Source: Lingula anatina (lineage: Eukaryota > Animalia > Brachiopoda). Taken from it: a stretch of 64,000 bases of DNA. Shown piece by piece: positions 14,501 through 29,068 of this stretch. Position 1 is the stretch's first letter, and each line of letters starts with the position of its first letter. The position numbers were made by a program, and so were the translations under genes. The notes beneath the pieces were generated by a model. The model worked only from the letters and a program-made list of their open reading frames with translations. It was not told the DNA's origin and made no database searches. The stretch covers positions 13,640,001 to 13,704,000 of the forward strand of contig CM120645.1 in the NCBI GenBank assembly GCA_051362555.1, written 5' to 3'.

Positions 14501-17500
14501 ACTGCTGTGTCCAAAAACAAAACAAGAACATCAAACATTTTGGACTGACTTTGTTTTTAGGCCTTATAAATATTTTCAAGATTGAAAGCAAAGAACACAT
14601 AGTATTTTACAAGCATAAAAGCAATTGGAATCCAAATTGTACCAAGATTGTAGCTGATTTTCTTAACTTAGCTAACCACGGATGATATTTAAATCAATTG
14701 CAATAGGCAATTACTAATTAACAAGCAATTTACAAGTATTCGAAGTGCATTTGACCAGTGAAAACACTTTAAAGCAAGCCTGCCAATCAAAAGACCAACC
14801 CTTTTGATAAATCACAATAACAATTAACAAAACAAACTCACAGAATGATTGCAAGAAGTCAAAAGACAAAAGGGTTCAGGTGTTTGATTAACCATCCGTG
14901 ATGCAAACAATAACAGCATCCAGGTCTAATTGACCAGATAAAACAATAAATGACACAGAGCACAGAGCTTGATGTTAAAACAACAAACTCTGAATAGAAC
15001 ATTTGAAACAAAAGGTTGTGCGCTACATAAAAGTTCGATGGCAAAGTGGTACTTCTGTGTTGACAGAGCTATTAGCTCTCTGTCATTGAACAGGCAGGCA
15101 GGTGTCACATGATATCAGTAGGTTAAGCTCTTAGGAAAATGGTAATAGAAAGCAAACTGTGTGGTAGCTGAAAATCAACCATGGGCAGCAGGAAACGAAC
15201 ATGTTTGGCTTTTAATTTGGGGGCACTTGTTGTCTAAATAACAATTTTAGGGTGGTCAATATATGGTATTAGTAGCTAGATGTTGTGGTGAGTTAGAGAA
15301 TGTGTATATAGGCATCATTTTGTGCATTTATGTTTACTTTTGTGTGTGTGTGTACGTGCGTGCATGCCTGTGTGCGCATTCATGCCCATCATACTTTGGG
15401 CATGTATACCTTTAAGTTAAATTGTACAATGCTGAGCAGGATGTTTCCTTCTGCATGTTTGCATTTAAACATATCTCTAGTGCTATGAAAGATCCACGTA
15501 CAGAATACCTCGGCATAAATATACTGACATTTTTGTACCATATTTTTGGCCCATCAGTATCACAGAGGTCACAAATGCAGTCATGTCCCAAACCCTTCAG
15601 ATATCCTTTCACTGAATATTATATAGCAAGTTTGAAGGCAATGTAATATAGTTATTAGTATATATTATTCTTTACTCTAGTCAGTAGTTTGGACTTGTAT
15701 GACCATTGCCTCTCTGTCCTTCTTTGACCTAACAGTTAAAGGTACTGGTACTGGCATGGCCAGATGAGCTGCCCACTTGGGGGGTAAGAAGTCACGTATC
15801 CGCTCACCTCTGCCTAACGAAGACATGCATGAATTGGTTTTGGTAATTTGGTGCTCTTTTAGCCTGCTTTGTATCTTTTGATTTCTGGTTGGATATGATA
15901 GGTTAGGGTCACCAAGTGTCAAATCTATATGATTGAAAATGTTTTAGTGTTGTTTTATAAGACTGGAAAGGGCTCTGTTGCATGTGATTGACCCTGTCAT
16001 TGGAGATCAAACTAGGAGCAGACACCGTGACTGCAGTCATTGATAAGTGTGAAGGAAGTGGGGGGTCCACCTTTGATATATTTCAAACAGATTTTGGAGG
16101 CTTTCATGAGATGCACTCGCAATTGTCAAATGTACATGCACAAAAACATGAACATTCAAACTGATACCACTGTTAATATTTTTACCAAAAATTCCATCCA
16201 AATGTCTGCTAAAAATGTCTCCAAATGGGCAAAAATTGAAACTGTGAAGCTCAAAACAGGTGGATTTTCATTAAATGTCACGAGCAAACATGAAAAAAAT
16301 CATGACAGGTCTGTGAAGACTTAATCCTCATTAAATGTGGAATGACAAGGTTGTCAGAGAGCATGATTGGTCCAGCTACCTACTGTGCTCACTTGACTTG
16401 CCAGCGGGGGGCTTCAATTAACACTCAATTTGATTGGATTATTAGCTACGCTCAGCTGCACTCTTTATTCTGTTGGCAATTGTGTTGCGTTCACCGACTG
16501 TGTCTGCATAAATATTTTACACGCACGGCTTTATTGACAAGAAAATTGGATGATGAATGCCTTTAATGGCTCCTGCTTGTGAAATTCTTTATTTACTCTG
16601 CAGTAAACTATTTTGTGGCTAAAGGTGCCCTCAGGCCAATGGTGTCTTTTAAATGATGCACTTATGTTTTACTGTGTAATATCTTGTTTGCTGTAACTGG
16701 AGTGATTTATCAGGGTAGAACATGTCTATAGGTTTGAATGTATCTGTTTGTCTGTATGACTGTTGGTTACGTAGTAGGTTCACGTGTACATTGGGAAGCT
16801 AATAGTAAGATAAGACCTGTTAATTATTTTTTACATCCTTTTGATATACACAAAAGTAGAGCCAAATGCATGATTGAAAAAAAACTCTTTTAAAATTTAA
16901 ATAATATATAAGTGGCATGGACATTCTTAGATTTGGTATAAGTTTGCCCTAACTCTCTTTTAAACCAAACTTTTCAAAACATTATGGAATGCACATTGAA
17001 TCTGAAATAATCTTAAATCTTAATAAATAATACACAAATGCACACATTGAAATGTAATTATATAATAATTTTTTATACGTGTTAATTGCATTTTTCTCCA
17101 TTTTGAATTATAATTATTTATGTAAGGAGTTTTTCGCTCATTATTATGCACTAGTTAATGAAAATCTGACTTAATATTATACATATTGTACAAGCACAGC
17201 TGTTCAGTATTGTGGTGCACATACTTTCTCCAATCACATCAATTTTGATAAAATATTTGATGACAGAATTAGTAAGATCAAAAATTGGATTGGTTATATA
17301 ATTATTATTTTTCCACTAGGTCGCGCTGGTGCTGAAGTACTATGGGGCACACTAAGAGGAGACACCACAAAGAGGCTAATGCGCGCAGATGGCAGGATTC
17401 CTGGTGAACTGAAAAATGCTTATGGCGCATTTGTGCGCGAAGGGCTTGATCAGGGAAGGAGGCCAGTCATGAGAAATTTCTGTGCGACTGAAGATGTAAG

Positions 17501-20500
17501 TCTGAAATAAGGGACAAAAACAAGTTTCAGAAAATTATTATTATTATTATTATTATTATTTTTTTTTTTTTAAATACTGAAAGTACTCATTGCATGCCAG
17601 GTTCTTGGATCTTTCCCTAATACACCATCCATTTAGCCAGACCTCGAATTGGTATCCCACAGTTTCTTGTAAAAAGACACTCAACGGTTGGGATTATGAA
17701 ATATCTTTATTTTAATCCAAGAAGCTGCTACAGTGTATGTACTTTACATGAGTTAACCTTGGCACTGCACTAAACCTCAATATAAACTGCTCCCAGCTAA
17801 CACTCTAAATTCTCAAACAGCAGTGACTTTCATATTCTGATAGGCATGCACTTGAATACACTAAGTGGAAATTTCATACACACTGAAATTGAATCTGCGA
17901 GCTGTGCAGACAGTGTAAGTCAATATGGTGATGTTTACCCAGAATTCCCACCAGTGCGAATTCTGCGATGTAAATGTACCGTTACTGCAGTTGACCCCGG
18001 CTGGTAAATATTTGTGAACATCATCCTTATATTTGGATCCACATTCTACATGTAAATTGATGAACAGACAGCCCATGTTCAACAGTGTGATTTAATTGGG
18101 TTTTCTCTATTATAGAGAAGTACAGGATATAAACTTTTAACCCCCCCCCCCCCCCTCAATTTTCTTATGAAATTAATTTAATTTAATTTATTTGGAATTC
18201 TTGTCATGGATGTTGATTTTAACTCAGGTTGGAGAATTTTTTTCATTATTCTCACAATTATTGTCAAATATATGTGCTACCCACTTTATTTTAGTGCATT
18301 GCCATTGCATGTGTCTCATGTAAATTAACATCTTGCTTCTTTCTTGTGTTCTCTTGTGAAAAGGTTGCATATTCTTCGTATATTTTTTTCTTCAGATTTT
18401 ATACTTGTATTACCTCTTTTTTGGGTTTACCATCTCTCCATCTTTTTTCTTTGCCTGCCTGCTTTCAGATGCTTTTTTGATCGCTGATTAAATGATAAAA
18501 TGGAGATGAACATATATGAGGTCTAAAATATTGGAAACCATGTTCGAGTGATATGATGCCTTTGGGAGATCAAAAATTCACACTTCGTGTCAAATACATA
18601 AAGATTTGTCAAACCTTTTCATAGGCTGAATCAAATAGAATTAGATATTTGACATATCTATTATTAAGGCAGATGGTGTTTGAGGAAATGCTAGTATAGT
18701 GTACATGACATTTTCTTTATCAAAACCTACTGAGCATATGAAGCAAGATAATTGTATATCTGATTGAATTGTCAGATTATGCTGGTATAGCCTTGTTGTC
18801 AATCATATAACTTGTATGATTTGCCATTGTGTGCGAGCTATCTTGTTAGTTTATTGTCCTCATGGATGACTGGTCTTGTGCTTCCACCTGTGCTCTTAAA
18901 AAACACAACTGAAAGGAGCGAAAAGATTGATTGTGTTAGTTGTGCTTTGTGCATCTGGATGTGCATTCTGCCCAGATTGTGTCAGTGAAAACCTGTCACA
19001 ATAGAAAACATTGTCTACTCTTGTTTGTATCTTAGAGGAGAGAAGACTTTTTTGTCTAGAGGCAGTGGTCAGATTGAATGATCAGAATTTTTTCTGAAGT
19101 CTTATGTTTAATTATTTTAGTATGGATGATAAATATTATTGTAGAATACTAGATTTAAAAAAAATTGAAATACAATTTGACTTTGAAAGACAACCAGATG
19201 CAGGTGAAATGATCTGACCCTGACCTCTATTTATATATATTCAAGGTGCCAGACATGCCTAAACTCCTTGACCAGTCTGTGCTGACCAATGCTCGTGACT
19301 TGAGACACAAGCTTGGACTGATGTTTCGGGGAACTCAGATTAATGCTGATAAAACCAAAGTGTTGATTTTCAATAACCCTCTGCCAGATTTTAACAACGC
19401 GGAGGGAGAAGAGAGCATCAGCCGCTACCTGCCCTCTTGGATGCCAGACAATTGGGTATGTGTTATTTGACATTTTTTTTTTTAGTTTTAATTTTTTTTG
19501 TGTCTCACTTCAGATGCTACTGAAGCGTGAAATGGATGTACAACTGCTTATAATAAATTCTAACATGTTAATGATGCTTTTTACAGAGAGAAAATTATTT
19601 GTCTTTATTATTATTATGTTATATTCCTTGAAAATTCTTCAATGCTGAAATTTTGCATGAATGAATGATTATGCATCAGCACTCACTTTGATAACGTCAA
19701 ATCTTCTTCTCAGGATGAAGAATCAGAACACAGCTATAAAAAGTGGTTGATATCCAAGGAAAGTGAACCGCCTCTTCCTATTCCACCTCCTCTTGAACAG
19801 CAAACATCTTTCAGTCTTGAAAACATCCCTGAGGATCAAGAACTGGCCCTGAACCAGAATTCCCATGGCGACTTAAGTAACCTTGACCTTGACAAAATGG
19901 ACATTAGGATGGATATGCTGCCCATGGAAGACCAGTGGTCCTTTTTGAATAATTTGAAACAGAGACCTAAGTCTAGCAAAAGCCGAATACATTTTCTGAC
20001 TGAAAAAGAGGCCACAGTGCCAGGCCAGTTCTCAAGGAAATACAAAGAGCTGGAAGAAAGTCGAACTATTCCTCAGGCTGTCAGCCAGGAGGCAAAGCAG
20101 CAGATGGAACAGCAGAAGCAGCAGTACAGTCATCAGCCAGAGACACCAAGGTCGGCTACTGGAGTCCGAAGCGCGCTCTCCATACGAGAAACTGGTAGGT
20201 AGCAGCACCTTACATTTTTTACTGATCTGGTTAGGTTTTTAATTTACTCGGAGAGCAAATCTTAAATATTTCTGTTGTCAGATGTGAAACAACTTTCAAG
20301 GTCTTCAAAAAGTTACATGGTAAATGTCAAATTGCTAAATTTGATTTTGATATGTGTAATCATAGGAATTAAGATTTAATATCACAATTTTAAAGTTGTT
20401 CTCAGTAAATCATGATTATTTCCCCCAAATATAAACACTTCCAAGCTAATTTATAAATGATCCATGTTATTCTGTCTTCCAGATTCAAGAAAGTCCCGGT

Positions 20501-20667
20501 CTCGCACGGCACCGCCTAACTCCAGTGAATTCCAGTATATAGATCGCTACACAAGCAAATGGCAGCCGTTGGACATGCATGCACTGTTAGAGTACACAGA
20601 TAACAAAGGGGCCCCTGGAGAGGGGAAGTTCCGCACTGGACAGACTAAGATGTTCAAAGTAGCATAG
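5533..20667 (+). CDS. 5'-partial multi-exon gene: coiled-coil protein with C-terminal TSGA13-like region (576 aa visible)
   Basis: GT-AG exons 5533-5697, 11210-11282, 12632-13072, 17320-17495, 19246-19455, 19714-20194 and 20483-20667 join in one frame (1731 nt) ending in TAG. Motifs TQINADKTKVLIFNNPLP, IHFLTEKEATVPGQFSRKY and WQPLDMHALLEY..APGEGKFRTG resemble my recollection of vertebrate TSGA13 (TQYDQDKTLLIMTNNPPP; EPLTLASLLE..APGESAFRNG), in the same order. No start codon was found. Confidence 0.8.
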
Positions 20668-23432
20668 AGAAAGAAAGGATAAGAGAGAGAGAGAGAGAAA
20701 GAGAGAGGATGAGAGAGATTTTTACACCAAAGTTAACAATTGCATTCACGTATTTAGATATATTTTTATACAATCATGATACCGTCCATTTTATACTCGC
20801 GAGCACCATGGTAATGTAAATATGTAAATACTGTTTGATGGAAATGAAGAAGGGTGCTTCAAATTCTGTGATGTTGATTATGATCATTCGATCCAAGACT
20901 GTTCTCCCAGTCTATTTAGTTTAATAGGTAAATATTAAAGTGGAGATTGCTGGGCATGAAATGAAAAATACTTGTTTGACAGTCAAATGCTAGGAAGATT
21001 TTTTTTTTCAAAATGCAAACAGAAACTGAATCTGGCATGTTTGTATGATATCATTTTATTTATTTATTTATTTATAATAACTTTTTATTTATTTATTTAT
21101 TTATTTATTTTTTTTTTTTTTTGCATTTGGGACCACCATGTACCAGTGTGTCAAATATGTACGCATTTCTATTGTCATTCAGGGCATAAAAAGGAAGGTT
21201 ATTTCAAGAAATAGATTACATTTTACCCAGTATATCTTAGGTAGCCTTGCACTTTGGAGTGTGAACTTATTGCATTTTTTCACTGCAGCTGAAAGAGTTA
21301 AAAGATGGAGCAAATATAAAAACCAATGTGATTATATCTATTCTAAGATATACAGTAAAATGAATTATATTATTATATTAATAATTAAACCTTATTTTTG
21401 TACATCAGCAGTAAATATCCATGAAAGAAAATATTATATATTGTCAAAGTAAAATGAACATGTTTGTTTTAGCTGCTGTGGTTTGTTGGTTATTGAACAT
21501 TAAGTTGTTATTGGAAATAAATATTTAACTTGAAATGATGTAGACACTATAAATATTGGGTACCAAAAAAATATAAAATGAATATTATTAATTTTTTACA
21601 AAGTATGATTTATATTTTGTGACTTTCTGTGAAAAGTCTAACACTGTATTGTTAAATAACCCAATAATAGTTTGTATAATTACTGATGTTGTTAATGTAA
21701 TTGATACCAACCACGGCAGCTACACAGACAATACCTCTACCTGTACTGTTGAACAGACAGGACGTGCTAAGTGAAAGCTGTTTAAGAATTTTCAGGGGAG
21801 AAAAGACCAAAGGGGACCTTGAATAAAAATATATAGACTTTGGAGAAAGTAACATTGGAAGTTTACAGCAAGGCATAATTTTTTTTAGAGTTGATCTCAG
21901 GTTTTCCTTCCTCCTCTTCCCTAAAATATTCTAAAACAGAACTAACAGCCTCTGGTGCTCTTGTAGTGATAGGGACTTTCTGGTTTTGTACACAGAGCTC
22001 CCCCAAATGAACAGGCAGTGCTTTGGTGTAGGGCAATATTTCATTAGAAAAATTAGGAACCAGTCAACATCATCTTGGATATCATATTTTTTTTTGTTTG
22101 TTTGTTTTGCTGATACTTTTCTCTGTATTCAAAAATTAAAAGGAGTATCAGCTCTGGTTTCAACAATATTATCTGATAATTTTTACATTCATCAGTTCAT
22201 TAATTTATCTTCTATTTTTACATTTGTACCATGTGTTTATTATTATTATTATTATTATTATTATTGCCCAAACACTACATGGCCTGTTCCGTTTGTGGAG
22301 AGTATGTGTACAAATTCATGCAGAAGGCAGTTCCATTTTCACACAATCTAGACACTGATAGCTGGTGCTGCAGAGAGCTGTACATATGGCTTACATAGAG
22401 CACCTTCATATATGCACGCACGCACACGCACCTATATGCACGTGCACGTCATTTAAATGGTATTAATTCACAATATTACTTCGTTGTTTACATGTTCGAA
22501 TCAACAATTGACAGTTAAAATGTATTTGCTGTTCAAGAATTCAAGAAATTTATAATTTGGTTTTGTCCATTGGTGGTTGCTGAATGAAATTCTGTGATGA
22601 AGTTCCTGATTCCTTAATGATGCTTTTGTAAACGAATAAAGAATCGTTCTGGTTATTGTAATGTACTGTTAAAGCACTGTATGGCTATGCAGATATGCTT
22701 TTGCACATAATGTAAAATAAAATCGATATTGATCACACATTTAACAGTTGTTATTGTGCTGTGCTCCATCCAGTTCACGCGAAGAAATTGTACAATATGG
22801 TTATTTCAAAGACAATGTTATACCATGCTTTGTATTATTTTAAGATGAAAAGAAAGAATGTCCAAAGAATGTGTATATTTAGCTAAATTTTCAACAATTA
22901 AATGATAATCGTAAGGCATGGCAGTGCAAAATTAAAACTAATGTTATGCGGGTTTCTGGCGTTTTTTTTTTTCAATTACGTCAACAGTGTTGTCGCCAAA
23001 ATATAAAATTGCAACACTTGGGTTTATTGCAACACATGTAATTTTCTTACGCTAAATGTAACAATAAATAAAGTTTTAAATCAATAACACGGTTTCAGAG
23101 TAAGGAATGAAGAACAAATTTTCCTGGTTTCAAATTCATTGCATCAGTTGAAGGCTCACTGAAATCGGTATCTTGTATGGCCTCCTCAGGCATCACACAA
23201 AGCCTGGATTCTGCGATGCATGGAGTCAATAAATTGCCGAATTTCAGCCTATGTGATGCGGCCCATTCCTACTGGAGTGCTTAATGCAACTGTCGGACTG
23301 AAGCCGGTTCTGGATCACGCCTTCTCAGCAGGCGAACCAGAATATTCATAGATGTTCTACAGGGTTTTAATCTGGGTAATACTATCACTGGTGCTTCCTG
23401 TTTCATTATAATGGTGTAACAGTAATCCAACA

Positions 23433-23657
23433 CCCCATTTCCATAGATTTTTAGATCGATCTATCCCTGTGGGGAGTCTCACTAGATTACTGTCAGCTTG
23501 GCCGGCTTAAGCGTCTGTCCCGCCTACTAAAAGCTGTAAGGGGGTAATTAACTATGGTGCCCGCTCGGCTGACTGCAATTTAGCGTGAACCCCCAGGGAG
23601 TTAGGTCGATCTTAAACTTAATCTTTAGATCGATCTAAATCTCTGGGAAAGCACCCC
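23433..23657. mobile_element. ~220-bp MITE-like dispersed repeat, copy 3
   Basis: Nearly identical to 2697-2898, with inverted ends ttccatagattt(t)agatcgatcta / tagatcgatctaaatctctgggaa. Confidence 0.75.
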
Positions 23658-24897
23658 AAGTCCGTAGGACTACCATTACTTGGGAATAATAGTCCTACTG
23701 GGACTCGGGTTCCTGGCTCATAATTATAGTAGAACAGTGGACTAAATTATGGGGGTAAAATATGGCGAACCACTAAAAACCTTAATTGCCGTCTAATCCG
23801 CTAAAGGACACTGAATAGTTTCGTGTTATGATAGATAATGGACTTACTGTTACGATGACCACGACATGTATATAGTGTAATCCTCCATGCATTGTAACGT
23901 AAGGTTTGTTGCATGCCTAACCAATTGAAGTGTACGGTATCTTAAAGATGTAACCTGCACTTTGATTTATATCACCGGTGAGTAGAATTTCTCATCTTTA
24001 GCTTAGACTTTTGTTGTAGCAGGCATTTTTAAAATTGAATTTAATTTGGACGTTTGAAATTTTAGATTGTACATTATATGCCATAATATTGATTTTAAAT
24101 CCGACTAATATAGATAATAATAAAAATGATTATATTACTATTGAAACTATATTTAATGTATATAGCATAAAAGCAAGAAAAAAATTCATAGGCCTAGTAA
24201 CAATACGCCAGAAAAAAAACATTAAAGAATTTCTCGTCACAATATTTCTTTGGTTACATACATGTACATGAATTATGATTTTTCTTTGTACATAATGAAG
24301 GTCTTACATTATCCTACCAGTGTTGTTTGCAAGTATTTTTATCTGAGTGGATCGCTCAAACTTAGCCTGTAAGATAAAGTATCCGTTAACATCTTTGCCT
24401 GTAGCATAATAGAGAAATCAAGAATTTTCTTTTCACTATCTTTCTTTTAACATCTGAATAATATTTTTTGGCCATAATAAAAGTTTGACAATTAATGTTG
24501 TAAGTGTGTAAGTGTTAGTTATTTCATTAGATCTATCATATATAAACCCTCTAGTAGTCTGTTGCAAAAAAATTTGTCTGTGTACTATTTTAGAAGCCCC
24601 AAATATCAGAGAATAGCAGTCTATATTATCCACTACAGTGTATATGGACCAAACCTTGCAGACAACTAAATTAAGCAACTTAACAGATAAATTTAAATTC
24701 GAAGAATTTGCTAGACTTTTGAAAATCAATTTTTTAAGTAGTGGACTCTGTGAAGGCTAGAATAGCGTTCAATTATGTACAGCTTTAAATATCTGACTGG
24801 TAAAACTAGTAAACTCTCAAGCCTTCTAATCTGCGTGGCTGATGAGTTGAACAACTCAATTATGGGCGCATATTTATGAAGTTTTTCTCTCTGTGAA

Positions 24898-24956
<59 letters not shown>
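24898..24956. repeat. Compound (TG)n(AG)n microsatellite
   Basis: Directly visible. Confidence 0.95.
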
Positions 24957-24958
<2 letters not shown>

Positions 24959-26139
24959 AACTACTATTTAAAAGTCAAACGAAGCATGGGTCAGGCTATA
25001 TATTGAATGGGAGAAAATAATAAAATTAGTCATACTTTGTCTGACCTCAATGGAGACTATTTGCGCATTCGCAGCTCTGAGTTGAACAAGCCTCGGTCAT
25101 AATGTTATTATGTCCAAGAGTAGCCTAAACAAACAAAATACAATGACGTCGGGGTACAGGGGGGCATGCGTGTCAACATACTCGGTAAATCCGCCATTTT
25201 GTGTCGCATAGACGCTATGAAAAAAGAACATAAGTCATAGGATTGCGATAGACTGATCTGAACCAACGGAAGCACGTAGAGAGGAACAGGTCCATAAGGA
25301 AGTTCACAGCAGTACGTTGGTAGAAATCTTCTTGGGTATATGATAAAACTATCTCACTCTCTACATTATTAAGCTGACAATCAACACTTTCCAATTTCTA
25401 TTAGAATAACAGACATTAGTGTCGCAAGTGGTGACAGTATAATGAACCATGCATTAGGAATCAATGACATTCTATAACTTACATAATTATATACACTACG
25501 GAATGCCGTTAACAGAATTAAGTTAGTGGTAGTTGTAAATTTGATTATTAACAAAATGGTGCAAATTTTTGCAGTTCCCCAAGCAAGTCGACATGACGTA
25601 TATGTTATAAAATGTTTGACCCTCTGTTATCAATATGCATTCAATTGAGGTCTCTGCTTTATTCTGGTCAATTTATGGTCAGGAAATACTAATCCACTTT
25701 TAATTAAAAGTCGTTCAGCTTAGGCATTGTTGTATGTTCACTCAATGCATGCAGGGGTAAAATTACCGTCATAATGTGGTTCTAGGCCTACATGCAATTC
25801 TTGGTGTGTAGGATTGAAACAAAGATTGGTTTGGATAAACTATTTTAAAAATCGACACTTCATTGAAATAATGATAGTTTTTACCATTCCCTTTTACCCT
25901 AGCTATATATTCTAGCTTCAGCAGTGAAATAGTAATTGTTAAGGGGGGGGGGGGGGGGGGGGGGGCGGGTGAAATTTAAAAGTACAAGTAGAGTGTTTAG
26001 CTAACGGTAAAACTACCTATATATCGATGGCAGTGTACGATGACTACAAGTAATGCAGTGTATGTACGTCGACTACTGATACATGCACTGGAAAACAATT
26101 ATATTAATAAACATCTCATTATCTCATTTAACCACAGAG

Positions 26140-29018
26140 ATGGACAGCACCTGTATCATCTACTCATGTGACCGTCAAAAGAGGGAAACATGTATGTTAA
26201 CAACAATGGAGACGCTGCTACAAGACGCCAGGGAGCTTTTGGGTAAGCTTAAGCACAGTCGTTTGAATCAAAGTATTTTTGTAGGACTTTTAAGACACAA
26301 ATTACTGTTGAACTACAAAATGGTCAGGCAAAGCATTGATATTAATACACTACGCATAAAAAGTGTGTGTGCATGCACGCGTGCATGTGTCGTGGTGTGT
26401 GTGTGTGTGTGTGTGTGTAGATGCTTTAAAATCTGTATTTTACCCTCATCCACAAGGAAATGGAACCCTACGTAAACCCTGAAACCGGGCCTCAGAGGCC
26501 GGGTGTACCATGAAAATCTGACTCCCCTAAAATGTGACTCCCCAGTCAGATTTTCATAATGAAAATGTGACTCCCCCTATGAAATTTTGACTCCCCCCCC
26601 CCAAAAAAAAAGTTCGCAGGTAAAACTTTTCATGAAAAAAACAATTAATTAAAGATTTGTATTTTACCACCCAAGGAATCCCCTATGAAAAAGCTATTTA
26701 TATGATATTTGAATGTCATTCTGACATTTTTCCTTTGAGGATACTTTATGAAGAATATATTGAAAGTATTTGAAAGTTTGATGGTAAAAAATTGGGTGAA
26801 AAAAAAAAAACACATGAAAAATAAGAAAAATTAAGGATTTGTATTCTAACACCCAATGACTCCCCTATAAAAAAGCTATTTATTTGATATTTGATGATCA
26901 TTCTGACATCTTTTCTTTTAGGATACTTTATGAAGAATATATTGAAAATAATTGAAAGTTTGAATGGTAAAATACTGGGTGAAAATAATTTACGAAATTC
27001 TTCATTTTAATATGCATGGGATTTGGACTCCTATGGACTCCCATTATATTTGCTGTTGTTTTTCTCATTTTTCCCAAAGCTGAATGAAAAATGGGGATTG
27101 ATGATTTTAAATGGATAATAAATTTGCATTCTTGTACCCATAGGATTTTGACTCCCTATAGTCTTTCAAATATTTCCAATATAGTCTTCATAAAGTAAAC
27201 GTTAAAGAAAGGTGTTGAAATGATCATCAAATATTAAATAGATAGCTTTTTTATAGGGGAGTTATTGGCTGATAAAATGCACATTTTTAATTTTCTTATT
27301 TTTCATGTTTTTTTTTTTTGTTTTTTTTGATTTTCACCCAATATTTTACCATCAAACTTTCAAATATTTTCAATATAATCTTCATAAAGTAAAAGTAAAG
27401 ATTTTGAAATGATCATCAAATATTAAATAGATAGCTTTTTCTCAGGGGAGTCACTGGGTGATAAAATGCACATTTTTAATTTTCTTATTTTTCATGTTTT
27501 TTTTTTAGTTTTTTCACCCAATACTTTACCATCAAACTTTCAAATATTTCCAATATAATCTTCATAAAGTAAATTTAAAGGAAAGATGTAGAAATGATCA
27601 TCCAATATCAAATAAATAGCTTTTTCATAAGGGAGACAATGGGCGGTAAAGTGCACATTTTTAATTTTCTTATTTTTCATGAAAATTTTCACCTGCAAAC
27701 TAAAAAAAAGTGCCAATGTATCCTCCATTTTACATACTACAAGATCACAGTCATATACTCAAATAAAATAAGATTTTATGAAGTTTTGTGGACGGGGAGT
27801 CAAATTTTCATGGGGGGAGTCAGATTTTCATTATGAAAATCTGACTGGGGGAGTCAGATTTTCATGGGAGTCAGATTTTCATGTTACAACGGTCCTTTGC
27901 TCGCTTTACCTCCACCTGGGTGAGTATACACTGTGTATGGAACATGCAGAAAAATCTTTTTTTTTTCTCAAAATAGAAAGTTTCGCAAAGGTAGCGCAGT
28001 CTATCAGGTATGTAATAATGATAGATTTAAACTGATACATGTATCTGCATATCAGGTGACCAAGGTGACTGATTACTCATAAATGATAATTCCTCCAGGT
28101 CTTGAATCTTTCACAGGCAGATTTCATTGACCATACTGATAGTCATAGCACACATGATGCTGCTTGTGTAAAGCATTTGATAGCAAAGATATTTGAGGTA
28201 ACATAGACTTATTTATCCCATGTGGAAGTAAAATTATCAAGGGACCGGGCCTCAGAGGCCTGGTTTCCAGGAAATGGGACTAACTTTTGGAAAAGTTAAT
28301 TTCTACATATGGTGTAAATTATTTCAAAACTAATTTCAAAACAAAAATAACAAAAAGACTTGAAGACAGCAAAGTTTTCGCCACCTACAGTACATATATA
28401 TGATAGGTGTAATAGCTTATATTCGTATCTTAGCTGAAGAAGATCGGAATGCTCCATTTAATTTTGATATGTGCCCTGTTAGGTTATAGACAAGATGACC
28501 AGCTTTCTGTCGTGCTAGAAAGAGAAGGAGCTAGGATAACCAAAGAAGACGTTCTTCATGGCATAGCTAAGAAAAGAGATGTTTTAGAGCTGATGATACT
28601 GAATCTGACCAGACAAGAATCATGGGCTCCGGAAGAAGGTACGATAAAACAACGAGAACAAACGGTCTAAAACGTTAACGTTAAGCACTGTAATGAAGCT
28701 CTTTACTTTCAAGACTTGACAAAGTTTATTTTCACGTAGTAAACTGTAGTAAACTGGGTTAGTACTCTTTTACAGTACCAAGCAAACTAACAAGCCCAAA
28801 TATTCAGACGATTAGCATCAACCAAAGTCAAAACATCCAAATAGGAGACGGGAACCGATTTCTTCAGGCACATAATACACGGGATGAAGATGATTCGCAG
28901 GTTATTATGCCGGTACAAGGTAAGAACTGTGACACTCATGGACGAATAAAGGAATCTCCGCTGTCTCTTTAATTCCCCAAAGGAGAGAAATGACACACAC
29001 TCTGATCCACAGTAATGT

Positions 29019-29068
<50 letters not shown>

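Noticed and set aside
5700-17300. Many 60-90 aa ORFs in the large introns
   Set aside because: Low-complexity or random composition, with no domain motifs or consistent splice phases.
22780-23010. Diverged similarity to ~32775-32990 (and ~24050 to ~43920, inverted)
   Set aside because: Short AT-rich matches; I cannot distinguish an old dispersed repeat from a duplication remnant by eye.
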